NCBI GenBank assembly: GCA_963797385.1
Contig: CAWCPY010000017.1
Span: forward strand, 1,335-65,334
Source of the DNA: Terriglobia bacterium
GTDB lineage: Bacteria; Acidobacteriota; Terriglobia; Terriglobales; Acidobacteriaceae
Direction of reading: 5' to 3'
DNA: 64,000 nt
Below are positions 1 through 8,026 of the stretch, piece by piece. Made by a program: the position numbers and the translations under genes. Under the pieces are notes generated by a model. That model was given only the letters and a program-made list of their open reading frames with translations. It made no database searches and was not told where the DNA came from. Numbering within the stretch: the first letter of the stretch is position 1; each line of letters starts with the position of its first letter.

Positions 1-22
1 TTTCGCCCGAGAGGAGGCAGCA

Positions 23-280
23 ATGCTCTCCAAATGTGCCAATCCGGGCTGCACGGCCACTTTTCTGTATCTGCATCAGGGAAAGCTGTTCCGTCTGGAT
101 ACCAGCATCGAAGTTGTTGCCGATACATCTGCAGCAGAAACCAAAAAACCTTCGCGGCGAGTCGAATTCTTCTGGTTGTGCCATTCCTGCGCAGCGGAGT
201 TGACGCTGGGTTACAAGAGAGGGACCGGCATCACGGTCGTTCCCCTGCCCAAGGCCCTGGCCCGCGCCCAGAGTGCGTAG
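23..280 (+). CDS. small zinc-ribbon-like hypothetical protein (85 aa)
   Basis: ORF with SD-like GAGGAGG just upstream of ATG 23. It has two Cys pairs (CANPGC ... CHSC). No family recognised. Confidence 0.5.
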   Translation: MLSKCANPGCTATFLYLHQGKLFRLDTSIEVVADTSAAETKKPSRRVEFFWLCHSCAAELTLGYKRGTGITVVPLPKALARAQSA

Positions 281-397
281 GGGCGGGTGCCCTCACCCGC
301 CCGGCGGAGCGCAGCTCCGCTGGTCTTACGAGTTGACGCTAAAAGCCAGGCGAGCTTTGCTCGCCCGCCCGGACGAGGGCGTCCGGGCCTACGTAGG
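276..397. repeat. REP-like composite palindrome (variant of the four-hairpin family)
   Basis: GTAGGGGCGGGTGCCCTCACCCGCC, GGCGGAGCGCAGCTCCGC ... GGCGAGCTTTGCTCGCC, GCCCGGACGAGGGCGTCCGGGC, CTACGTAGG. The hairpin order matches the copies at 5882, 10721, 25178, 50735 and 62944, but the stem sequences differ. Confidence 0.8.
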
Positions 398-401
398 TCT
401 T

Positions 402-1445
402 TTATGCCACCTGCCGCTGTTTTTCCAACATGGAAAGGAATTCCCGGGTGAGTTGCTCGTCCCAGTATCCCGAGCGGGCTTCTTCCCGCATGGTGATGGC
501 CGCCTGCTCATGGCTGAGCGCAACTTTGTAGGGACGCTGCGTGCGCAGGGCATCGTACACGTCCACCACCTGCAGCACGCGCGCCAGCAGCGGTATTTCG
601 CTGCGCTGCAGGCCGTCGGGATATCCGCTGCCGTCGGAGTGTTCGTGGTGACTGCGAATTATCGGCAACACCAGCCGCAGCGACTTGAGCGGCTGGCAGA
701 TGTTCTCGCCGGTGACCGGATGCCGCTTCATGATGGCCCACTCTTCAGGAGTGAGATTGGTTCCCTTTTTCAGAATTTCATCGGGCACTGCGATCTTCCC
801 CAGATCGTGCAGATAGCCGCCGCGGCGCAGGGCCACGATCGATTCCTGGTCCAGGCGGAGGTGGCGTCCGAGGTCGCTGGCATGACGTGCCAGGCGTTCG
901 CAGTGGCCTTCAGTGTAAGGATCGCGACTCTCCACGCTTAAGCCCAGCGTGCACAACACCGATTCCGCCGTCTCCAGTTCGTCGGTGAACTCTTTGAGCT
1001 TCAGCAGCGACTTGACCCGGGCAAACAGTTCCTCGGGAAAAATCGGCTTGTGCAGAAAATCATCCGCTCCCGATTCAATTCCCAGCACCCGGTCCTGGCG
1101 ATCGGTAAGACCGGTGATCAGAACGAACGGGATGAGGCGGGTGGCGGGATTCCCTTTAAGTTCCCGGCACAATTCGTATCCCGACTTGCCGGGCATGACT
1201 ACGTCGGAAAGAATCAGGTCGGGAGGGTGGCGTTGGATCTCAACTTCGGCATGGAATGCATCGGGAACCGCGACCACGTCATAGCCGTGCGTGGCCAGCA
1301 GTTCCTGCATCAGGCCCATGATGTCCCGATTGTCGTCCACCACCAGGATTCGGGGCGGGGACCGCCGAATGGACTCTTCACCCATCTCTTTGTAAGAGAC
1401 CGAGCGGGAAGAAATGGTTGTCGGTAGTTTTTGCGGGGGGCTCAT
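402..1445 (-). CDS. response regulator with HD-GYP phosphodiesterase domain (RpfG-like)
   Basis: Receiver domain (ILVVDDNRD...) followed by an HD-GYP signature (HHEHSDGSGYPDGL). The start is ambiguous between 1445 (MSPPQK) and 1385 (MGEES). The ORF-track extension to 1943 overlaps the divergent gene. Confidence 0.85.
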   Translation of the reverse strand: MSPPQKLPTTISSRSVSYKEMGEESIRRSPPRILVVDDNRDIMGLMQELLATHGYDVVAVPDAFHAEVEIQRHPPDLILSDVVMPGKSGYELCRELKGNPATRLIPFVLITGLTDRQDRVLGIESGADDFLHKPIFPEELFARVKSLLKLKEFTDELETAESVLCTLGLSVESRDPYTEGHCERLARHASDLGRHLRLDQESIVALRRGGYLHDLGKIAVPDEILKKGTNLTPEEWAIMKRHPVTGENICQPLKSLRLVLPIIRSHHEHSDGSGYPDGLQRSEIPLLARVLQVVDVYDALRTQRPYKVALSHEQAAITMREEARSGYWDEQLTREFLSMLEKQRQVA

Positions 1446-1596
1446 GGTACTGCCGACTGCGACAATCACTATTGTAAACGATTTCTTCCGCCGCGAAGCA
1501 GCGTAGTCGCGTCCTGGTTCCCGTTCCGGAACAAAATGTTGGGGAGTGTGACCTCCGTCCTTGTTCTGTGCGCCAGCGCACTCATAGCCTTGGCGC

Positions 1597-2280
1597 ATGA
1601 ATCGATTCCTGTCATCGACAATGTTCTTCCTTCTGCTATTTCCGGCGGGCGCGGCCTTCGGCGTCTCCAAGCCGCATGTCATCGCTTTCGGCAAGTGGAC
1701 CACAATCAAATGGTGCGCCGGAGCCAGCGAAGCCCAGTGCCTCGACGTGAAAATGCGAGCTCTGTACGTTGACGGCCGCGCCCGCGAATCGACTATGGGC
1801 GCCGCCCACGACATCACCGAACACCTGTTCGTGGTACGGCGGGCTTTCCGGGTCAACGATAATCTGCCGGGCGATACGGGCGTCACGCATTGGGTGTGGC
1901 AGCGCGGAGGATGGCTGCTGGTGGACCGCATGACCGGGCACATCTCTTCTCTTGCCCTGCCTGAATTCGATCCCTACTATTCGGTGGCCAGCTGGTATCG
2001 CGACTACACAGCCTATTGTGGCGTCTCCGATGACGGCAAAAAACTCTTCGCCATCGTGTTCCAGATCGGACGCCGCAAGCCGGTCCTGAAGAAAGCTCTC
2101 GGCGAAACCGGAGGCGATGACGCGCCCGATTCGGAGTGTCCGGCGCCGGGCTGGGAGCGGCGTCCGGTGCGGGTCACTTTCGAGCCCGACGAAACCCGGA
2201 AGTCCACGTACGCAGTGCGCGGACACGCCGCAGATTTAGTGAGTGACGAGGAGCAGGAAGAGGAAAAGGCCTCGCAGTAA
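1597..2280 (+). CDS. secreted hypothetical protein
   Basis: Signal-peptide-like N-terminus (FFLLLFPAGAAFG) and an acidic C-terminal tail. No family recognised. Confidence 0.5.
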   Translation: MNRFLSSTMFFLLLFPAGAAFGVSKPHVIAFGKWTTIKWCAGASEAQCLDVKMRALYVDGRARESTMGAAHDITEHLFVVRRAFRVNDNLPGDTGVTHWVWQRGGWLLVDRMTGHISSLALPEFDPYYSVASWYRDYTAYCGVSDDGKKLFAIVFQIGRRKPVLKKALGETGGDDAPDSECPAPGWERRPVRVTFEPDETRKSTYAVRGHAADLVSDEEQEEEKASQ

Positions 2281-2295
2281 TTGGTCCGCTTCGTT

Positions 2296-3429
2296 TTATT
2301 GTTGCTGATGCCTGGACTCCGTCGCCTTGCGGAATGCTGCCTCGGCCTCCGCGTGCATTCCTTTCGCTTGATACGCCAGCCCGAGACCGGCTTGCGCGTC
2401 GGCGTCGCCGGGCTTGAGATGCAAGGCCTCCTGGAACGAGGCGATGGCCGCGTCCGGCTGGCGTGCTCCCACATACGCGAGTCCCAGGAGATTGTGGGTT
2501 GAGGCGGAATCTGGATCGCGTTCCGCCGCCTGCTTCAATCCCGGGATGGCTTGCCCAAAGTTTCCGTGGTTGAAGGCTGCGACCGGATCCTGCAGCGAGG
2601 CGGTGGCGTCGATTTTTCCCGTCTTCTGTTTTAGATAGCTGCTGGCCAAAAATACGAGCGCCAGCATTCCTGCCGCAGCGTAGTTCCGCATCCGCCCCCG
2701 AATTTCCGGCGGCGCGGCGATGCTTCGGGAAAGGACGCCGCCCAGCACAAGTCCCGTCCCCAAGCCTCCCAGGTGCGCAGCATTATCGATGCCTGCGCTC
2801 AATCCGAAAAACAGGTTATAGCCTGCAAAGGCCAGCAGACTTCTAAGCGTGGGCTTCAGTGCCGCCTTGGAGATGGGTAGGTTTCCCAGATACAACGCCG
2901 CGATCAGCGCCCCGGCAAGTCCGAAAATAGCGCCGGAAGCGCCCGCCCCGGTCTGCAGGGGATGCCACCACAGACTGGCCAGGCTGCCGCCAATCCCCGT
3001 CGCGGTGTAAACCAGCAGGTAAGTCCAGCGATCGAAAATGCGTTCGGCGAGCTGGCCCAGGTTCCACAAGCACCACATATTGAAAAAGATGTGGATGATT
3101 CCGATGTGAACATAGTTGGAGGTGAGCATCCGCCAGGGCTGCGATCCGAGCGAGAGCGGTCCCCAGTTCGCACCCCATTTGATCAGTTGCCAGTTGGTGG
3201 GCTGCATTAGAGAGACGCCCGAGATCACCATGGCAATGAATACTGCGAGGTTGACTCCGAAGATAATTTTGGTCAGGGTGATCGCCTTTGGAGCAGGCAC
3301 GGCAGCATCGACAATTTGCGGCGAGCCGACCGCGGTATGAGCCAGGACAGCGTCACAATCACGACAGAAGGGATGGGAGTCTGCCGAAGACGACGGCAAT
3401 TCGCGACCGCACCGCACACATGTCAGCAT
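2296..3429 (-). CDS. rhomboid family intramembrane serine protease with N-terminal zinc ribbon and C-terminal TPR
   Basis: GASGAIFGL serine motif and AAHLGG histidine lie in a multi-TM core. N-terminal CVRCG...CRDC zinc ribbon. The C-terminus is TPR-like (NLLGLAYVGARQPDAAIASFQEAL). Confidence 0.85.
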   Translation of the reverse strand: MLTCVRCGRELPSSSADSHPFCRDCDAVLAHTAVGSPQIVDAAVPAPKAITLTKIIFGVNLAVFIAMVISGVSLMQPTNWQLIKWGANWGPLSLGSQPWRMLTSNYVHIGIIHIFFNMWCLWNLGQLAERIFDRWTYLLVYTATGIGGSLASLWWHPLQTGAGASGAIFGLAGALIAALYLGNLPISKAALKPTLRSLLAFAGYNLFFGLSAGIDNAAHLGGLGTGLVLGGVLSRSIAAPPEIRGRMRNYAAAGMLALVFLASSYLKQKTGKIDATASLQDPVAAFNHGNFGQAIPGLKQAAERDPDSASTHNLLGLAYVGARQPDAAIASFQEALHLKPGDADAQAGLGLAYQAKGMHAEAEAAFRKATESRHQQQ

Positions 3430-3460
3430 GAAATCTCCAAGCGCTGCCGCAGCGCCGACC

Positions 3461-3560
3461 GTAGCGCCGGCATCTTGCCGGCTGTCCGGAGGGCATCCTG
3501 CCCTCCGGCTTAAGGGGCGGCGGGACGCCGCCCCGACAGCCGCCGGGACGGCGGCGCTAC
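3461..3560. repeat. tandem GC-hairpin element bounded by GTAGCGCCGGC / GCGGCGCTAC
   Basis: Four consecutive hairpins: GCCGGCATCTTGCCGGC, GGAGGGCATCCTGCCCTCC, GGCGGCGGGACGCCGCC and GCCGCCGGGACGGCGGC. A sister copy lies at 29918-30012. Confidence 0.8.
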
Positions 3561-3574
3561 TTTATCGTACCCAA

Positions 3575-4538
3575 CTAGTCTCCCATACTCTCCACCGCCG
3601 GCATTTCCTCGATCACCCGCTTCGCCGTTACCGGAGCGCTGGTGACCAGCGCCACCGAGGCCACCACAATGGCGCTGCCCGCCAGGATGAACCCGGTCAC
3701 GCGTTCATGCAGCACCAGCCAGCCCAGAAACACCGCGACCACCGGATTTACGTAGGCGTAGGTGGAAACTTTCGAGGTCGGCACGTGACCGAGCAGCCAG
3801 ATATACGCGGTGTATCCCACCCAGGACCCAAAAACCACCAGGTAGAGCGTGGCGGCGATGCCGCGGACGCTCCACATCGCTCGCGAACTGTCGCCCAGGG
3901 CAAATGCGATCAGAAAGTTTGCCAGCCCCGCCGCGATCATCTGCCACGCGGTGGCCGAGAAGGGATCGACCGCGGATGACTTCCATTTCTTGGCCAGCAC
4001 CGAACCCAGCGCCCAGCTGAACGACCCGCCCAGCAAGCTGATGGAGGCCCAGAACTGCACTCGCCCCAGGGCGGTGGTAGCCGAGAGATCGGGCCACAAC
4101 AAAACCAGCAGCCCGGCAACCCCCATGCCCAGTCCGGCCTTGCCTCGAGGCGCGATGTGATGATCGCCCAGCAGCAGCGCGTCCAGCACCAGAAACCAGA
4201 GCGGCGTCACGGCGATGATCAAAGCTGCCAAGCCAGAGGCGACATGGCGCTCGGCATAAGCCAGCGTGAGGTTGCCGCCCACGAGCAGCAGGACGCCTAC
4301 GATCGCCATCCGCGCTAGCTGGTGCGGAGGGTAAGCAATCTTTCGCCCGCGCAGCCCGCAATACGCCAGCATGAATCCGCCTGCGATCATAAAGCGGGTG
4401 CCGCACATCAGCGGCGGGCGGAATGTGCTCGACCGCGATGTTAATGCCGAGATAAGTCGATCCCCAGAAGAAATACACCAGCGCGAAGGCCAGGATTACG
4501 GCGAGGCGATGCTGGCGCTGAGCTTGGGTCATGGGCAC
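3575..4538 (-). CDS. EamA/DMT family transporter, interrupted by an apparent +1 frameshift
   Basis: The N-terminal 43 aa (MPMTQAQRQHRLAVILAFALVYFFWGSTYLGINIAVEHIPPA) are in the frame of ORF 3705..4538. The remaining 277 aa (MCGTRFMIAGG...) are in the frame of ORF 3575..4408. Deleting one base within 4409-4420 restores IPPALMCGTRF. Confidence 0.75.
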
Positions 4539-4667
4539 GAACGCTGAAGAAGCAGAACTTAGAACATATCAGACGGTTTAGAGCGGCAAGTGGATTCAGA
4601 CTCTGCGCGAAGTGTGACGGATCAAGCGTACCCGCCAGCCGGCGAGCCAAGACCGCGATCAAAACGT

Positions 4668-4715
4668 GGCGAGCTTTGCTCGCCTGGACAGGTGAGGACA
4701 CCTGTCCCTACGTGG
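4668..4715. repeat. half REP-like element (two hairpins + CCCTACGTGG)
   Basis: GGCGAGCTTTGCTCGCC followed by GGACAGGTGAGGACACCTGTCC and CTACGTGG. Confidence 0.7.
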
Positions 4716-4767
4716 ACCGTGGCAGGCGCCGGCGCTCCGGCCCCCATGCTAAAATCATGGCAGCCCA

Positions 4768-5871
4768 ATGCTTCCCGACGTGCAACACCTCATGGAGCTA
4801 CAGCAGGCGGACCGCGAAATCCTCCGCCTGAACCAGGAAGTAGCCGCCCTGCCCAAACGCGTGGCCGCGATCGAAGAAAAGCTGGCCGGGACCAAAGCCG
4901 GCCTGGAACGGGCCAAGGCCGCGGTCAAGGCCGACGAAGCGACCAGGCGGAAATACGAAAGCGCCATTCAGGACCAGCAGGGCAAAATTTCCAGGTATCG
5001 TGACCAGTCTCTTGCCGTCAAAACCAACGAACAATACAAAGCTCTGTTGCACGAAATCCAGTTTGCCGAGCAGGACATCAAGGCCAACGAAGACAAGATT
5101 CTGGAGTTGATGCTCAACGCCGACGCCCGCGACAAAGACGTGAGGGCGGCCGAGCTTGAACTGAAAGCCGAAATGGCGGAGATCGAGAAAGAGAAGGCCG
5201 CCGCCCGCGAGCGCACCGCCGAGGACGAGAAGCTGCTGGCGGAGTGGAATGCGAAACGCGACCAGGCCCGCGCCGGAGTGAATGAAGACCTGCTGCGGCA
5301 GTACGAACGCGTGGCTAAATTTCGCGGCTCCGGGATCGCTGAAGTTCGCGAACAGAAATGCATGGGATGCCAGGTCATGCTGCGTCCGCAGACTTATAAC
5401 GAAGTGCGCAGCGGACAGATCGTGGTCTGCGAATCCTGCCAGCGCGTTCTGTACTTCGATCCCGCCACCGGAGTGGCCGTGGAGCGACCCAGTCTCACCG
5501 CCAAGCGCCGGGCCCGGCCCAAGACCCATGTGGACAAAGCGTGGTTTTACCGGGCGGAGTATGGCGATCTGGGCGAGGTCTTCTTTGCCTTCATGAACGC
5601 CGACGGAAGCGCCAGCCGTAGAGTGTATGACGCTCAAACCGGCAGGAAAATCGGCGACACGCAGCAGCTGCCCGGCGACTTCAGCGCAGTTTTCGCGGAT
5701 GACATCAAGTCCGGCGTGCGCCTCCACACCACGCTGGACTTGCAGCAACTGGAAGAGTGGGCGTCGGAGCTGCCCATGACCGAACTCGACGAGTTGCACG
5801 CCGATTTGAAAAAAGCCCTGCGCGAAGCCCCGGTCGAAGCCCAGTCGTCACAACATCCCGCCGCCAGCTGA
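4768..5871 (+). CDS. coiled-coil C4 zinc-ribbon protein (COG1579-like) with extra C-terminal domain
   Basis: Long coiled-coil N-terminus, then CMGCQV...CESCQRVLY, as in COG1579-type proteins. About 125 further residues have no recognisable family. Confidence 0.7.
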   Translation: MLPDVQHLMELQQADREILRLNQEVAALPKRVAAIEEKLAGTKAGLERAKAAVKADEATRRKYESAIQDQQGKISRYRDQSLAVKTNEQYKALLHEIQFAEQDIKANEDKILELMLNADARDKDVRAAELELKAEMAEIEKEKAAARERTAEDEKLLAEWNAKRDQARAGVNEDLLRQYERVAKFRGSGIAEVREQKCMGCQVMLRPQTYNEVRSGQIVVCESCQRVLYFDPATGVAVERPSLTAKRRARPKTHVDKAWFYRAEYGDLGEVFFAFMNADGSASRRVYDAQTGRKIGDTQQLPGDFSAVFADDIKSGVRLHTTLDLQQLEEWASELPMTELDELHADLKKALREAPVEAQSSQHPAAS

Positions 5872-5881
5872 TCACAACGAA

Positions 5882-6003
5882 CCACGTGGGGACAGCCGCC
5901 CTCGGCTGTCCGGCGGAGCAACGCTCCGCTGGTTTTGCGCTTGCATCAAAGGCCGTCGAGCTCTCGCTCGACCGGACAGCCGAGGGCGGCTGTCCCCACG
6001 CGG
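5882..6003. repeat. four-hairpin REP-like element, full copy
   Basis: CCACGTGGGGACAGCCGCCCTCGGCTGTCC GGCGGAGCAACGCTCCGC ... GTCGAGCTCTCGCTCGAC CGGACAGCCGAGGGCGGCTGTCCCCACGCGG. Confidence 0.9.
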
Positions 6004-6027
6004 TTCGCGCCAGCGTAAGATCATGTC

Positions 6028-7221
6028 ATGCCACCAAAATCAGGCGCTTCGTCGCTTCCCGTCGTAAAGATCTCCCGCCGCGGCGCCAAACGTTTGCAGG
6101 ACGGCCACGTCTGGGTCTATCGCTCTGACATCGTCTCCGCCGACGGAGTTGCGCCGGGGACGGCTGCAGGCGTCACCGACGAGCGCGGAAAATTCCTGGG
6201 CACGGCCCTCTACAGCAGCGCCTCCCAAATCGCCATCCGCCTGATTTCCCCCCACGCCGTCAATGACCTTGGCGGCCTGCTCCAGGAACGCATTCAGGAA
6301 GCAATCAGTTATCGGGAACGGATCGTGCGCGCGACCGACGCTTATCGCGTCATTTTCAGCGAGGCCGACTTTCTTCCCGGGCTCATCGTGGACCGTTACA
6401 ACGATCTGGTTTCCATCCAGGCCCTGACCCAGGCCATGGACGCGGAGCCGCTCCGCAGCGTGATTGTCTCTGAACTCCGCGACCGCCTGAAGCCGGCAGC
6501 CATCGCGGAACGCGTCGATCCCCGCATCCGCGAACTGGAGCAATTGCCGGCCCGGGCCTCAGGCCTGCTTCTGGGCGAAAAAACCAGCACGGTTTTCACC
6601 ATGAACGGCGTGCGCTTTCACTATCAGGCGCTGGAGGGACAGAAGACCGGCTCCTTCCTCGACCAGCGGGAGAATTACGCAGCGGCCGCGCGCTATGCTC
6701 ACGGCGAGGCCCTGGATGTTTTCTGTTACCAGGGTGGCTTTGCCCTGCACCTGGCCCAGGCCTGCTCCAAAGTCACTGCGGTGGACAGCTCGCGCCCCGC
6801 GCTCGAGGTCGCCGACCGCAATGCTGAACTGAATGGCCGTGACATCGAATGGGTCGAAGCCAACGCCTTCGACCTGCTGCGCGACTACGCCGATGCCGGA
6901 CGGCGCTACGACACCATCGTGCTCGACCCTCCCGCCTTCGCCAAAAGCAAGGCCAACCTCGAAACCGCCCTGCGCGGCTACAAAGAACTCAACCTGCGCG
7001 CGCTCAAGATGCTGCGCCCCGGCGGCATCCTGGTCACCTGCTGCTGCTCCTATCACGTCAGCCCCTCCCAATACCTCGCAGTGGTGGGAGATTCGGCCCG
7101 CGATGTCCACAGAAATCTGCGCATCATGGAAAACCGCGGGCAGGCTGCAGATCATCCCATCCTCTTGAACGTGCCCGAAACCGAATACCTGAAGTGCGTA
7201 ATAGCCTACGTAAGTAATTGA
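6028..7221 (+). CDS. class I SAM-dependent rRNA methyltransferase (RlmI/COG1092-like)
   Basis: PUA-like N-terminus (VKISRRGAKRLQDGHVWVYRSDI) and methyltransferase core motifs (ALDVFCYQGGF, IVLDPPAFAKS). Confidence 0.8.
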   Translation: MPPKSGASSLPVVKISRRGAKRLQDGHVWVYRSDIVSADGVAPGTAAGVTDERGKFLGTALYSSASQIAIRLISPHAVNDLGGLLQERIQEAISYRERIVRATDAYRVIFSEADFLPGLIVDRYNDLVSIQALTQAMDAEPLRSVIVSELRDRLKPAAIAERVDPRIRELEQLPARASGLLLGEKTSTVFTMNGVRFHYQALEGQKTGSFLDQRENYAAAARYAHGEALDVFCYQGGFALHLAQACSKVTAVDSSRPALEVADRNAELNGRDIEWVEANAFDLLRDYADAGRRYDTIVLDPPAFAKSKANLETALRGYKELNLRALKMLRPGGILVTCCCSYHVSPSQYLAVVGDSARDVHRNLRIMENRGQAADHPILLNVPETEYLKCVIAYVSN

Positions 7222-7241
7222 AAATAATTAACATAATGCTA

Positions 7242-7270
7242 TTGACAATACGACACTCATATTTTATCAT
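7242..7270 (+). promoter_or_regulatory. sigma70-like promoter of hsp20
   Basis: TTGACA (7242-7247), 17 nt spacer, TATCAT (7265-7270), in an AT-rich gap about 80 nt upstream of the hsp20 ATG. Confidence 0.5.
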
Positions 7271-7351
7271 GCATTTACGCTAAATTACTATTCAGGGCGG
7301 CAACTGAGGCCCTAAAACCAAATTCTTAAGGTTGTTAAAGAGGAGGATTTT

Positions 7352-7840
7352 ATGACCGTACTAACCCGTTGGGATCCCTACCGCGAGTTCAGCAGCGTGC
7401 AGGACCGCCTGAACCGCCTGTTCAATGCCTCGTTCAACGAGGGTCGAGATGAATCGCTGACCACCTCGAGCTTTGCTCCGGCGGTTGACGTTTACGAGGA
7501 CGAGCACAACGTCACCCTGAAGATCGAAGTCCCGGGGATTGACGAGAAGGACATTGACGTCCGCATCGAAAACAACACCCTGACCGTGCACGGCGAGCGC
7601 AAGCTGGAGAAGGACGAGAAGGAAGAGAACTACCGCCGCATTGAGCGGCAGTATGGCAGCTTCACTCGCACCTTCACCTTGCCGACCACCGTGGATACGG
7701 ACAGCGTTTCCGCCCACTACGAAAAAGGTGTGCTGAAGGTAAAGCTGGCCAAGAAGGCCGAAGCCAAACCCAAGCAGATCAAAGTCAACGTGGGTGGGGA
7801 AAAGACCCTCGAAGGCAAGAGTCCAAGCAAGGCCGCGTAA
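7352..7840 (+). CDS. Hsp20/alpha-crystallin family small heat-shock protein
   Basis: Alpha-crystallin domain (APAVDVYEDEHNVTLKIEVPGI ... GVLKVKLAK). Strong SD AGAGGAGG. Confidence 0.9.
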   Translation: MTVLTRWDPYREFSSVQDRLNRLFNASFNEGRDESLTTSSFAPAVDVYEDEHNVTLKIEVPGIDEKDIDVRIENNTLTVHGERKLEKDEKEENYRRIERQYGSFTRTFTLPTTVDTDSVSAHYEKGVLKVKLAKKAEAKPKQIKVNVGGEKTLEGKSPSKAA

Positions 7841-7899
7841 TCCTGGTTCGATGGAGGACGGGCGTCCGCGCCCGTCCCTCGCTGTTGCCAGATAACTTG

Positions 7900-7937
7900 A
7901 CGGGAGGCGGCTCACTTACCGTCTCCCGTTTTCGTTT
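7900..7937 (+). terminator. candidate intrinsic terminator after hsp20
   Basis: 11-bp stem ACGGGAGGCGG / CCGTCTCCCGT (one G-U), 8-nt loop, then TTTTCGTTT. It is preceded by another GC hairpin, GGACGGGCG-TCCG-CGCCCGTCC (7856-7877). Confidence 0.5.
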
Positions 7938-8026
7938 GTGCAACCAGCCTTCAGCACTTAGCATTTGGCAGTGCAATCCAATTTGCTGAATGTCAAGTGC
8001 TGAGTGCTGGTTCTTGAGGAGCTCCT

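Noticed and set aside
273-941. 222-aa plus-strand ORF at the left end, and the 1050-1427 and 1431-1772 ORFs.
   Set aside because: They overlap the HD-GYP response regulator on the opposite strand and begin inside a REP-like repeat. They contain no motifs.
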